From Chiloscyllium plagiosum (taxonomy: Eukaryota): a DNA stretch of 64,000 bases. This document shows, in pieces, positions 34,775 to 48,304 of the stretch. Every line of letters starts with the position of its first letter. The first letter of the stretch is position 1. The translations under genes and the position numbers were made by a program. The notes beneath the pieces were generated by a model. That model did not search any database. It saw only the letters and a list, made by a program, of their open reading frames with translations, and was not told the DNA's origin. The stretch lies in NCBI RefSeq assembly GCF_004010195.1, contig NC_057718.1, positions 75,089,859-75,153,858 of the forward strand, read 5' to 3'.

Positions 34775-36760
34775 TATGGAAGTTTTAAAAACTAATAAAA
34801 GATGACAAAATAAAGATAGAGAAAATAAACTGAGGGTAAACTAGCAAGTAACATCATAATGGACAGTAAGATTCTTTTCAATATATAAAAGAACAAAATA
34901 AATCATAGTGAACATAAGTTTCTTGCAGACTGAGGCTGGGAAATAATAATATGAATCAAGAAAAGGCAGACAAGTTGAATAAATACTTTTGCATTCATCT
35001 ACATGTTTAAAGACATGAATAGTACTTCAAAAATAGTAAAAAATAGTAAATAATCAAGTGACCAGTGGTGGGATGGAGAGAAAATAAACACAAAAAACTA
35101 TCACTGGAGATAATGTACTAGGGAAATTTGGCCTGTAAATCCATTGGATCTGATGGTTTGCATCCTGGAATATTAAGAAAGTAGCTGCAGAGATACTGGA
35201 TGCACTGTTTGTAATCTCCCAGGGCTCCTTAGATTCGGGAGAAGTCCCAGAGAATTGGAAAACTGTTCGAGTTACTACTCTTATTCAAAAAGTGAGGGAG
35301 GCAAGAACAGGTAACTATGGGTCAGTTAACTTTACAGCTATCATTGGGAAAATGTTACTCTATTACAAAGGATATAATAGTAGCATTTAGAAATATATAA
35401 TCTAATCAAGTTCAGTTAACATAGCTTCATGAAGGAAAAAAGTCACACCTGATAATGTCTTACAATTATATGAGGAGGTAGCAATCAAGATAGATAAAGG
35501 GAGATCAATAATTGCCATACATTTGGATTTCCAAAGGCATTCAAGGTACTACACGTAAGGCTATATAATAAGAGTCCAGGACGTTAATTAGAATGTAAAG
35601 AGAATTGGATAACTAATACAGTTAGAATATGGGGATCATTTTAAGGATGGAAAACCATTATGAATAGAGTGTTACAGTGATCACTACTGGGGCCACAATT
35701 GTTTCTGATAGATATGAACGACTTGAATAAGGGTAGTAAGTGTACAATTGCCAAGCCTCAGGTTGACAAAAAAAGAATGAGAGGGAAAACAAGCAGTTCG
35801 AGATTGCATAAGCTTAAAAGAAAAGACTGAGAAATCTGTCAGAAATATTAGTAATTCTGAGGATTGAAAGGTTTATAGAATACAACAAAGAAGAGGTAAA
35901 ATAGCATATGAAAGCAATTGAGCAAAAGACATAAAATGGACTGTAAAAATTTTTATAGGAATGCTAAATGGATTTGGATCCATTGAAGGCAAAGTCAAGA
36001 GAATTTATGATGTGAAATACAAAAAAATTGTGGAGAACTTAAACAATTACTTTTGTTTTCATTGAGAAAAATACCAGAATGCTCCCAGGATTGAAGGAAG
36101 TTAATTTTGGTATGAAATTTGCACTGGAAACATCAAGGGGTCTGAAAGTTGATAAATCCTGAGGAGCAAGTCGAGAGTGCGGTGCTGGAAAAGCACAGCA
36201 GGTAGGCAGCATCCAAGGAGCAGGAGAATCAAGGTTTACCTGACTGGCTGTGCTTTTCCAGCACCACACTCTCGAATCTAATTTCCAGCATCTGCAGTCC
36301 TCACTTTCTCCTACTAAAACCTGAGGACCAAATGGTCTTCATCCCAGAGTGTTGAAGGTGGTGGTTTTACAGATAGTTGACAAATTGGTGGCTATCTTCT
36401 AACGATCTATGGATTCTGGAATGAAACGTGTCGATTGGAATGTCGCAAATATCACCCCATTATTTAAGGAAGAAACAAGGGAGAAAATGAGGCATGAAAG
36501 ACCTGTTAGCCTTACATAAGTAGTTGGATAAATGCGAGAATTTATTCTAAAGGAAGGGATAAATGTATGAAGTTGATGATTGACTGGGCATGGTCAGTGT
36601 GGATTGGTCAACAGGAAATTACATTAGAAAAATTAAAAGACATGGGAAAGATGGTAACATACTAGTGTGGATTAATGATTGAGAAACAGAGTAGGAATAA
36701 ATAGGTCATTCCCATATTGGCAGGTTGTGATTAGTGGAGCACTACAAAGATCAGTAGCGT
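34775..36760 (+). mobile_element. Two old, decayed CR1 ORF2 fragments
   Basis: Degenerate GPDGLHP, PENWK and YLDFQKAF motifs occur twice. Confidence 0.65.
36166..36314. mobile_element. Miniature inverted PLE family B insertion
   Basis: Inverted arms tcgagagtgcggtgctggaaaagcacagc / gctgtgcttttccagcaccacactctcga; TSD taaaWcctgagga at 36153-36165 and 36315-36327. Confidence 0.8.
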
Positions 36761-37192
36761 AAGAAAACAAAAATTAGGAGCGGGAGTAGGCAATTCAGCC
36801 CTTCGAGCCTGTTCACCATTTATCATGATCATGGTTGATCTTATCCAGGTCTCAACTCCACTTTACTGCCTGCTCTCCATTGTCTTTATCCTGCTTTTCA
36901 TCAGAAACGCACCTATTACTTTCATGGATTCACTATCTTCTGAGAGAAGTATTTACCTCCTCTCACTATCTCTGTCCTCTTTTTCGAGACTGTTCCATAA
37001 ACAGAGCATCTGTTCAACGTTCACCTTATCAATCCCTTTTAGCATTTTATATACCTCAATCATATCCCCCCTCATTCTTCTGAACTCCAGCAAGTACAAG
37101 CCCAAGCTATTCAACTGCTCCTCATATGATAGCTCTTTCATCCCTGGAATCAACCTAGTGAATCTCCTCTGAACTGCCTCCAGTACCAGCAC
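36760..37192 (-). mobile_element. CR1 3' end; resumes at ~38908 and continues, interrupted, to ~42490
   Basis: LEAVQRRFTRLIPGMKELSYEE; collinear continuation after the Rex1/Babar insertion; APE motifs VGVIYK..IMEDLN at 42360-42490. Confidence 0.75.
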
Positions 37193-37194
37193 AT

Positions 37195-38906
37195 GTATGA
37201 CCAATCCAAGAATGACCTTTGCAGAGCCATTAAGACAGCCAAGAACCAATACTGATCCAAACTAGAGACCCAGACAGACATCCAGCGACAATGGCAAGGA
37301 CTGAATGACATCACAGATTCGAAAAAGAGACAGTGCAAGATAGCAGATGATGACACATTCCTCCCAGATCGTCTCTACGCCTTCTAGGCTCACTTTAAGC
37401 AGAATTTTGGCAGAGAGGTAATACCTATTCCGACAAGTCCTGATGAACCTATCCCAACAGTCACTGCATTAGAGATCAGATCAGTTTTCCTTTGTGTGAA
37501 TCCAAGGAAAGCGATGGGACCAGTAAGAGTACCATGCCGTGCATTCAGAGCATATGCAGATCAACTGGCAGAGGTCTCCTCGGACATCTTCAACCTCTCC
37601 CTGCAGCAGGCCACTGTCGCTGCCTGTTTCAAGAGGGCCAACATCATCCCTGTGCCTAAGAAGGCTCATGCAGCAATGACTACCGCCCAGTGGCTCTAAC
37701 TTTGGTGGTCATGAAGTGCTTTGAAAGGCTGGTCGTGACATTAATCAACTCCAGCCTCCTCACTCCTCTTGACTCATTCCAATTTGCCTATTGGACCATG
37801 TCAGATGCCATATCACTTTCCCTTCGCTCCTCCCTGGAACATCTTAACACCAAGAATAGCTACGTAAGAATCCTACTCATTGATTGCAGTTCAGCCTTCA
37901 ACACTATTATCCGCTAGAGACTCATTATTAAACATAATGATCTCGGACTAAGCCCCACTCTCTGCAACTGAAAATTGAGGACAATATTTCATCCTCACTA
38001 ACACTCAAGACTGGAGCCCCCCAGGGATGCATATTCAGCACCCTAATGTACTCACTGTATACCCGTGACTGCATTGCCAAATACCAGACCAATGCCATTT
38101 ACAAGCTTGCTGATGACACCACCATAGTCAGTCGAATCTCAGCTGGCAACAAAACAGACTACAGACGGGAGGTGGAAGACCTGGAAAAATGGTGCACTGA
38201 GAACAACCCATCTCTCAATGCCAGCAAAACCAAGGAACTCATTATTGACTTTTGGTGGGATGTTACTCATGTCCCCCTACACATTAACAGTTCAGAGGTG
38301 GAATGAGTGGACGGTGTCAAGCTTCTGGGAGTGGTCATCAATAGCAAGCTTTCTTGGACTGTTCACATGGATGCACTGGTTACAAAGACCAAACAATGTC
38401 TCTTCTTCCTTAGGCAGCTGTGAAAATTTGCCAACTTTTTATAGGTGTGCCATTGAGAGCATTCTGTCTGGATTTATCACTACCTAGCAATTGTACTATT
38501 CAAGAGTGGAGACGGTTACAGAGTGTGGTGAACTCGGCCCGGACAGTCACATAGGCCAACCTCTCATCTATAGAATCCATCTACCATGCCCGCTGTCAAG
38601 GAAAGGCTGCCAGCATTCTCAAATGTCCAACCTACCCTGGTATTGCTTTTCTACAACCTCAACCATTGGGGAGAAGGTACAGAAGCTTGAATACATGCAC
38701 TAGCCTGTTTGAAACAGTTTCTACCTTACTGTTGTTAGAATACTGAATTGACTCAAACTCGTGGCATTCGCCCGTACCTGTGTTTTTGCTGCTGTTTACC
38801 TATTGTTTACTTATCTATGCTATTTAACTCTGTGATCTGCCTGTATTGCCTGCAAGACAAAGTTTTTCACTGTGCCTTGGTACATGTGACAATAAATTCA
38901 ATTCAC
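37195..38906 (+). mobile_element. Rex1/Babar-clade LINE, 5'-truncated and decayed
   Basis: NPRKAMGP, DIFNLSLQQ, IIPVPKK, VMKCFERLV, SSAFNTII, PQGC..LYTRDC, ADDTTIV, KTKELIIDF, FYRCAIESIL; aataaa-(ttcaa)n end. Confidence 0.88.
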
Positions 38907-39049
38907 ACCTTTCCTCAAGTAAATAGAACAAAACTGGACGCAATATTCCAGATGTAGTTTCACCAATGCCTAATATTTCCACGCTGTTTCAAGCGTTCCA
39001 AGCGTGCCTGTTTCCACGCTGTAATGTAATCTAATCTAATATATTGCTT

Positions 39050-40018
39050 ATAGTGTAAAAAACAGGCCCTTCGGCCCAACAAGTCCACACCGACCCTCCG
39101 AAGAGCAACCCACCCAGACCCATTCACCTACATTTACCCCTTCACCTAACACTATGGCCAATTTAGCATGGCCAATTCACCTAACCTGCACGTTTTTGGA
39201 TTGTGGTAGGAAACACAGATCTCTGAAAGTTGCCACCCAGGTAAATAGTGCGGTGAGGAAGGCATATGGCGTACTGGCTTTTATTGGTAGAGGAATTGAG
39301 TTCCGGAGTCCTGAGGTCATGATGCAGTTGTATAAGACTCTGGTACGGCCGCATCTGGAATATTGTGTGCAGTTTTGGTCGCCATACTATAGGAAGGATG
39401 TGGAGGCATTGGAACGGGTGCAGAGGAGGTTTACCAGGATGTTGCCTGGTATGGAAGGAAAATCGTATGAGGAAAGACTGAGGCACTTGGGGCTGTTTTC
39501 ACTAGAGAAAAGAAGGTTTAGGGGTGACTTGATTGAGGTGTACAAGATGATTAGGGGGTTAGATAGGGTCGACAGTATGAACCTTTTCCCGCGTATTGAG
39601 TCGGGTATTACAAGGGGGCATAGCTTTAAATTAAGGGGGGGTAGATATAGGACTGATGTTAGGGGTAGGTTCTTCACTCAGCGAGTCGTTAGTTCATGGA
39701 ATGCCCTGCCAGTAACAGTGGTGGACTCTCCCTCTTTATGGGCATTTAAGAGGGCATTGGATAGGTATATGGAGGATAGTGGGTTAGTGTAGTTTAGGTG
39801 GGCTTGGATCGGCGCAACATCGAGGGCCCAAGGGCCTGTACTGCGCTGAATTCTTCTATGTTCTATGTTCTATGAAACTGGAGCACCAGGAGGAAACCCA
39901 CGCAGATACGGGGAGAATGTGCAAACTCCACACAGATAGTTACCTGAGGTGGGAATTGAACCCAGGTCTCTGGCGCTGTGAGGCAGCAGTGCTAACCACT
40001 GTGCCACCGTGCTGCCCA
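39050..40018 (-). mobile_element. HE1-like SINE split by a CR1 insertion
   Basis: 3' half 39050-39213 and 5' half 39875-40018; gaaac duplicated at the junctions. Confidence 0.9.
39214..39874 (+). mobile_element. Young 5'-truncated CR1 with open ORF2 C-terminus
   Basis: Uninterrupted frame HRSLKVATQV..DRYMEDSGLV* to 39792; (ttctatg)n tail; CpGs retained. Confidence 0.93.
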
Positions 40019-41444
40019 ACATGGTGACACCCAATTGTAACAACACAACTTTACTTTTATAATTCAGTCATTTTGCAATAAATGCCAGGATTTTATTTGT
40101 CTTTCTTATTATATGCTACATCTGCAAACCCACTTTCTGCGATTCACGCTAAAAGACACCCATATCCAAATTGCACTGATGCACTTTGAATCTGCTGCCC
40201 ATTTAAATAATTTGTCCTTTTATTTGCCCAGCAAAATGAACAATCTCACACTTGTCCACATTAAACTCCATCTGCCAGATTCTGGCCATTCTCCGAGCCT
40301 ATAACTATCCATCTGTAAAATCTTTATCTCCACATCACCGCTTACTTTCCCACCTATTTTAGTATCATCTGTGAACTTTGCCACATTATACTCTGTCTGA
40401 TCTATAAATGAGGATCATTTATATAGATTATAAATCGTTGAGGTTCATGAGGCACCTCACTAGTTCCAGTTCATCATCCAGAGAAGGACCCATTTGTGCC
40501 AATCCTCTGGGATTATCCCAATCCTCCATCCAAGCTAATACTCCACCTTTAATCCTCCTTCCCAGAATCTAACCATCACAATCAATCTTCTATGCAGCAC
40601 CTCAACAACTGCATTCTGGAAGTTCACCAGATCCCTAGTATCCACCTTAATGGTTACACCCTCAAAGAACTCCAGCAAATTTGTCAAGCAAACTGGTCCT
40701 TCATGGAACCATGCTGATATTGGTGAATTGTATAATATTTTTCCAAGTGTTCAATTATTTCCTCCTTTATCATTAACTGAACTATTGTTTCCACTTTTTA
40801 CCTATCTTCTTTTTTGAAAAAGGATGTCATGTTAGCATGTTTCCAATAGGTTTTCAGAATCTAGGGAGCTTTGGGAAATCATAAGTAATGTATTCACTAT
40901 TTTTGCTGCCACCTCCTTTTAATACCCTAGAGTGCAGGCCATCAGGCCCCAGGGACTTAACTGCCTTTATGCCCACTCGTTCTCTTAATACCTTCTCCTT
41001 ATAGTAATTTAACCAACTTCCTCTGTAGTAACTGCAGTTTTTGCAAAGATATTATCACCTTTCACTGAATATGGAGATAAAATATTGGTTTTGCATCTCT
41101 GCTATTTCTGAGTTTCTCATTATGATGTCACCATTTTCATCCTCTGAACGGCCAACATTTACTTTCACTATTCTCTTCCTTTTTATATACTTTTGGTATC
41201 ACTGCGTATGTTTTCTGCTAGTTTTCTTTCACCTTAGTTCTTTTGATTTTGTTTTTAGTAACCCTTTACTGATGTTTAAAGTTCGCCCAATCCTCCAGAG
41301 TGCCACTACCTTTTGCAGTATGATATGCCCTAGTTTATGCCTTTATGTTAACTTTGACTTCCTCGTTAAGTGATGGATGATGTTTCACCTTTTAACAATT
41401 CCACTTCCTCTTTGGAATATACTTTAATTGAGAGGTATTTCATA

Positions 41445-41690
41445 CAGGCCTTACATTGTGGAAGCAGGCCATTCGGCCCATCGAATCCACACTGACCCTC
41501 CGAAGAGCATCCTACTAGATCCAGCCCCCTACCTTATCTCTGCATTTCCCATAGCTAATCCATGCAACCTGCATATCATTGGAAACTATGGGTAAAACTT
41601 CAAACAGACAATCATTCAGGGCTGGAATTGAACACGGTTTTCTGGTGCTGTGAGGCAGCAGAACTAACCACTGAGCTACCGTGCCATATT
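41445..41690 (-). mobile_element. Older HE1-like SINE
   Basis: Reverse head ggcacggtagctcagtggttag; tail gggccgaatggcctgcttcc. Confidence 0.8.
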
Positions 41691-42042
41691 TGGAATCTCC
41701 CTAAGGTTTTACTATGTTCGTCAACTGTTCTGCCTTTTAATATTTTTGTCCAGTCCACTTGGGCAAACTCCTTGCTCAGGCTTGTATAATTACCCTTGCC
41801 AAATGCTAACACTCAAGCATGTGACTCTGTCTTCACTCATTCAATGTAAACCTGAAACTCTAGTATGTTGTAGTCACTCCTTTCAGGAGGATGCTTAACC
41901 AGAAGACCCTTTATCAATTCTTCTTCATTACATAATACGAAATCTAAAGTAGCAAGTTCTCTAATTGGCTCCATGATATGTTGCTCTAAGAAACAATCCC
42001 TCATACACTATAAACCTTTCCTCAAGGTTACCCTGGCCAAGT

Positions 42043-42357
42043 TGATTAGATTAGATTCCCTACAGTGTGGAAACAGTCCCTTCAGCCCAACAAGTCCACA
42101 CCGACCCTCCGAAGAGTAACCCACTCAGACCCATTTCCCTCTGACTGATGCAACTAACACAACGGACAATTTAGCATGGTCAAGTCACCTGACCTGCACA
42201 TCTTTGGACTGTAGGAGGAAACTGGAGCACCCGAAGGAAACCCACGCAGACACGGGGAGAATGTGCAAACTCCACACAGATAGTTGCCCAAGGCTGGAAT
42301 TGAACCTGGGACCCTGGTGATGTGAGGCAGCAGTGCTAACCATTGAGCCGTCGTGCA
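42043..42357 (-). mobile_element. HE1-like SINE, full length
   Basis: (attag)n reverse tail, body and head. Confidence 0.92.
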
Positions 42358-43049
42358 ATCAATAGGCATGTTCAAATCCTCCATAATTACTGTTGCACTT
42401 TTTTCACAAGCCCTCATTATTTCTTCGTTTATAATATACCCTACTTCAGAAGTACAGTTTGGGAGCTTGTAAATTACTCCTACCAAGACTGATAAGGAAA
42501 ATTGTGCAGAGTTCAAACACCTCCACAATCACAGATCAGACACTTCTCAAATCTAAGTGTTAGTTGTTTTATTCAGGCATGAAAGGGAGCAAGTACTTCA
42601 GTAGCCCCAATGCAAGAGCTCCCACAACAACAGAATATTAAGACTTTTATAAGAAAAATGGATCAGTTATTTTTCTAATAGAGTCTAAACAGTTAATTCT
42701 ATTCAACCAATTACTTCAGCCCATTCCTGTACTTATCTTCCATATGATAGTGATAATGTCTGGCTATTTGACTTTACACATGCACACATCGAGAAGCACA
42801 TGACTAGATTCATGAGAGTCCTTGTTGTTGCTATAGCTTACCTTTTTATCTTTAACAAGAATTTTTCCTTCAATGATGATTCACAAAAATACCAATTCAA
42901 GTGGAGAATCACTATTTATCTGGCAAAAGAGGACATTTCTGTTTGGTTGGCAAGTGCCTTTTGACTGGTTGAGGCAAATACATGGAAAACACTGCAATAA
43001 TGATTGACTGTTAACTGCCAGTTTAGATTTCAAACCAGTCAGATGAGCT

Positions 43050-43685
43050 CATAAAAACATTAGACCTGGCCCTTCGATCCTGCTCCGCCATTCAGTAAGA
43101 TCACGGCTGATCTTTTCATGGCCTCAACTCCACCTACCTGCCCTCTCACTGTAACCCTTAATTCCTTTATTGTTAAAAAAAAAAATCTATCTTAGCTTTA
43201 AAAACATTCACTGAAGTAGTGTCAACTACCTCAATGGGCAGGGAATTCGTGGATTCACAACCCCCTGGGTGAAGAAGTTCCTTCTCAATTCAGTCCTGAA
43301 TCTACTCCCCCTAATTTTGAGGCTACGCCCTCTTATCCTAGTTTTCCCTGCCAGTGGAAACATCCTATTTACATCTATCTTGTCTATTCCCTTCACAATT
43401 TTATGTGTTTCTATAAGATCCCCCCCATTCTTCTAAATTTCAATTAATATAATCCCAGTCGACTCAGTCTTTCCTCATAAACCAATTCCCTCAACTCCAG
43501 TATCAACCTAGTGAACTTCTGCACCCTCTCCAGTGCCAGTGCACCCTTTTCTCAAGTAAGGAGTCCAAAACTGCACACAGTATTCCAGGTATGGTCTCAC
43601 CAGCACCCTGTGTGGCTGCAACATAACCTCCCTTTATCCCTTTATGCATGAAGGACAAACTTCCATTTGCCTTCCTAATTACCTA
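43050..43685 (-). mobile_element. CR1 3' fragment
   Basis: Reverse LVRPYLEYCVQFW and FFTQGVVNP motifs; tail cctgctccgccattca. Confidence 0.8.
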
Positions 43686-44144
43686 ATTAGGGCATTACCT
43701 TGAGAAATGGATCAGTCGTTGGCTGGGACCTACTTCATTCAGTTGGAACAGTTGCAATGCATGCACAACAACTTGTGCGTTCTCCATTGTAAACTCTCTG
43801 TCAGTCAGAGTCCATGTATCAACCAATCAGCACCCTCAGCTTATACAATATAAATGTTAGTTTTTCCTTGTAAGTAGTCTTGAGAATTGTCTTGGCAATT
43901 TACTTTTCTTTATTAATGTACTAATAAAATACTTTTGTACCCTATATCATTTACTACTGCCAGTAAACATCACTATGACATAAAATGCTTTATAGTTAAA
44001 ACTCGTAATTTGTTAGTAAAGAAGCAAAATATTCACTAACCAATCGCTTGTATGTTTTCCCATGATATTGCAATTTAATTTATCTCACAACATGTCTGAT
44101 CCTCTCTGGGGTCATGGACTGCAAATCGCTAACTGGCACTATCT

Positions 44145-44388
44145 CCTCAGGCGACTGACTGTGTGGAGTTTGCACGTTCTCCCCGTGTCTGCGTGGGTTT
44201 CCTCTGGGTGCTCCGGTTTCCTCCCACAGTGCAAAGATGTGCAGGTCAGGTGAATTGGCTATGCTAAATTGCCCGTAGTGTTAGGTAAGGGGTAAATGTA
44301 GGGGTATGGGTAGGTTGCGCATCGGCGGGGCGGTGTGGATTTGTTGGGCCGAAGGGCCTGTTTCCACACTGTAATGTAATCTAATCTC
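44145..44388 (+). mobile_element. 5'-truncated HE1-like SINE
   Basis: Starts at ctcaggcgactgactgtgtgg; ends taatgtaatctaatct. Confidence 0.9.
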
Positions 44389-46849
44389 TGGGTCTTCTGT
44401 TTACTTGCTGACTGTAGGCATGTAATGATTGAAAGAGAAAACTTTCCAAGGAGTTTGGAACAGAATTATAAGAGTAAAAATGGAATAGTTCTCACCAGAT
44501 CAAATAACTTTATTGTTTACTTTGGGATTGGGTGATTAGGAAGGTCCTAATCTGTGTTTGAGTAAAAAATGGCAAACTACAGCACTGGGATTGCTGTGGT
44601 AATCTGCATTTGTGTAAACACTGAAGTTGTGATCAAATTCTGAAGTGTAATGATGTCAATATTGACAGTTCGCTGTAAAAATTGCTGCAAATTCCAAGCT
44701 CTTGAACATTGTCCAGCGATCAGCTTTGTGGCTATTCATTACTAAGCCTTTCCCAATGTGTCTATGAAATTCTGATTTTAGAGCAGTTCAATATCACAAA
44801 GAAATGATAATGTCTCATTCGTGTTCCATATAACATTGTAATAATTGAAACCAAATTAGAAAGTAATACCCTTGAGATGCATTTTAACATTTAAATTAAT
44901 GGCACAAATTTAATCTGTAATTGGAAAACTGGCTTAAAACATTTTAGTGATTGTTTTCTTTTTCAAGGTTGTGATTAAATATTCCTTCATTTAGTACCCT
45001 GTTCCTTCTTCCAATGTACATAATTTTGCACAATATATAGTGTACATTACTCATTATCCCTTTTTTTCAATGCACTCACAATATATCAATCTTCCTCATA
45101 TTTCAACTTAACCACATGTTTCAGTGACACTGACTTATTTCAGCACTATAATAGGATATAATAGGATGCTTTTCAAAACATTTTGAGCAACACATGACTT
45201 TGAGCAGACCCTGTAGAGCTCTGCTAGGTTATTGACTCTCAAACTGAACCATGTCTTTTTTAATGCCACGTCAATTTTCAATTCCTGTGATAGATTTCTC
45301 AATAACTGTCATTATCTGAAATCAACTTAATGTATTTGTGACCCCTTTGTGCTATTTTAGTATTAATCCATTTGAAATAACTTAAAATAGTTCAGGCATT
45401 TCATAAAAAAGATAAGGATTTTCTCCAATATTGCTATAGGTAATTGTACGTTAACTGGTAAATCAAAATAATTTGATAACTTCTGATAGCTATTAATTTG
45501 ATTAGACTCTTTAAAAAATTCTGGTATATTCACAAAGTATATACCAGTGTTTTAAAAGGCACATTGACTATCCAGCATCTTTCTTTGGCTTTCAAAACTC
45601 AAATTTTGGGCTAATTTATAATTTCCAAAATCAAATATCACTTTTGTTTTGACTATTAGTACATAATTATTATCTATCAATTCTGAGATACCAGTTCTCA
45701 GAAGGGTGAATATTTTGGGAGTTCCAAAAGACATTGGCCCAGAAATTCCTTTGTCCTTTAATCAATAATTTCTTTTCCCAGAAATTCCAAAAATCTCTGC
45801 TACATTGCAGATTAAAATTGCACATTGGGATCATGTAGAAATCCTGATTAAACCAACTCTGAAATTCTCAAGAATTGCATGAGAAGTTGAAATTTTCCTC
45901 AAGGCAATTATGCAGCATCAGGAATCCAAGGGAGAAGTATCCAAGTCTGAATTGAGAGAGTGTGAGCTTTTGGTGGCTTCTGATTCACTTCAGCTCATTA
46001 GTTAATCAGGAAAATTTAAATTTAAATTTAAGAAGTAAAACTAAAAAAGTATAAATTAAAGATTTAAACTTGCTCTGACTCCTGAGTAACTATTAAACTG
46101 AAGCTTTGACTCATCCCTGACACACTGGACCAGACCCAACCACCTTTCCACACATCACACACACCAGTCACACCCCTCGAATGAAAGTTTACAATCCTGA
46201 TTGGAAAACCGAGGCCATTCTCTAAAGGTTCATCAATTTCTTTACAACTGTTCTTGAAAAATCTAGGGATCATTCAAGTCTATCAACTGCTTATTTCATA
46301 ATAACATTTCAAAAACAACTTTAAATATGACTTGTAATCTTTGAAACTCAAGAAGCTTTTATTTAACTAGCCTTTTACTTTTTTTCACTCTAAAATTTCT
46401 CACTGATTACTTCAATACATCAATGATACCTCCTGGATTAAAATCTTAGGATTCCTCTCATTGCGAGCTGCAATCTGCCCTTCTAAGGAATTTTTTACTT
46501 CTCTTCTTACACCCTTTTATCTTCAGTGGACTTTTACAAGGAAGACCTGAAACCATCCTCCATTCATTGTAACTGAATGTGATTTAATTAGTTTCAAATT
46601 CTGCTATTTGAAAAAGCAACACTTTCAGTTTCTTAATTAATGAGCTTACACTGTCTGGAATTGTCAGACTGCAGCAATTATATTTTTCAAAAGTAATGCT
46701 AGTAGCAGCAACTCCTAGTCAGCATGGAACTGTCAGAATTGAATCAACTCTTCAAGGTATGAAGCAGCAGTTTTGTCTCAAATAACATTGTTAAAGACCA
46801 ATTCCATCTGAAATAGCTTTAACTCAAATCAAAAGCATAACATTCTTAC

Positions 46850-48035
46850 ATGTAGGGACACAGGAGCAGGTGTAGGCCATTCAGTCTCTCTAACCTACAC
46901 TACCATTTGATATTATGGCTAGTCATTTAACTTGATGCCATTTTCCCCTATTATCCCCAAATCTCTTGACATCATTAGGGTTAGATATATTTCCAGGTAC
47001 TATCATGAACATACCCAATGGCTGAGCTTCCACAACCCTCGAGGATACGGTGGTCCAAAGATCCACTACTTTTTGGAAGAGGAAATTCCTCTTCATCTCA
47101 ATCCTACTTTATTCTGAGATTGTCCATTGGTTTTAAGGCTCCCAGCTAGGAATCATCTGTATATAAAGTTTATTGAAAGGATGAGTGTGAAAATTTCACA
47201 GTCACTAGCCGTAACCTTTTAGTCTTCCGTGAACTCTGGATAGTGCCAGAGGACTGGACAATTGAAAACATTAGACCCTTGCTCAAAAAAGTCTGCGAGG
47301 ACCAATTACAGACTAAGCAACTGAACTTCAATAGTGGGCAAATTTCGAGAAACAATAATTCAGGATGAATCTATCAGTCATGTGGACAAATGTGAGTTAC
47401 ATAGGAAGGGGCAGCAAGGATTATTTAGGGGAAGGATGTTGAGAGGATGCAGAAAAGATTTACAAGGATATTGCTGGGACTGGAGGGTTTCAGTTACAGG
47501 GAGAGGCTGAATAGGCTAGAGCTGTATTCCCTGGAGCATTGGAGGCTGAGGGGTGACTTTACAGAAGTTAATTAAATCATGCAGTGTATGGATAGGATGA
47601 ATAGTCAAGGTCTTTTTCATAAGGTGAGGGGAGTCAAAAACTAGATGGCATAGGTTTAAGGTGAGAGGGAAAAGATTTATAAAGAATCTGAAAGGGAACC
47701 TTTTTACACATGTTTATGGAATGAGCTTCCAGAGGAAGTGGTGGAGGCTGGTACAATTACAACATTTAACAACCACCTGGACACGTTTATAAATCAGAAG
47801 GGTTTAGAGGGATATGGGCCAAATGCTGGCAATTGAACTAGGTCAGATTGGGATGTCTGGCTGCCATGAACGAGTTTGACCAAAGGGTTTGTTTCTGTGC
47901 TGTATGACTCTGTCTCTATAAGAGAGTTCTTTGAACAGCTAACAGAGGATTGATGATGGTAATGTTGATGTAGTGCACATGGACTTCCAAAAGGCATTCA
48001 CAAAAATGTCATATAAAAGAGTTGTGAGCAAAGTT
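46850..48035. mobile_element. Cluster of CR1 fragments (minus 46850-47160; plus 47170-48035 with a nested younger copy at 47435-47920)
   Basis: CR1 RT and 3' UTR motifs; tatgactctgtctctat tail at ~47905. Confidence 0.75.
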
Positions 48036-48304
48036 ATATGTAAAGATCTTTTATTGTTGGATTTTTTAAAATATTATTGACCAAAATGAGAGAGATCTGT
48101 TCTAAAAACCAAGAATGACTGCATATTTTGAAAAGCAAGTAGCCTGATACACTTGCCAAGCTTCATTAAACAATTAAAATAAAAACAGTAAGTACGAGAG
48201 AAGTTCAAGAGATGTGTGAACTGTTTCTCTCTCCATAGATGCTGCCAGATCTTTCTGTTCCCATTTCAGATTTCCTGAATCTGAAATTTTCTTCTATGCA
48301 TCCA

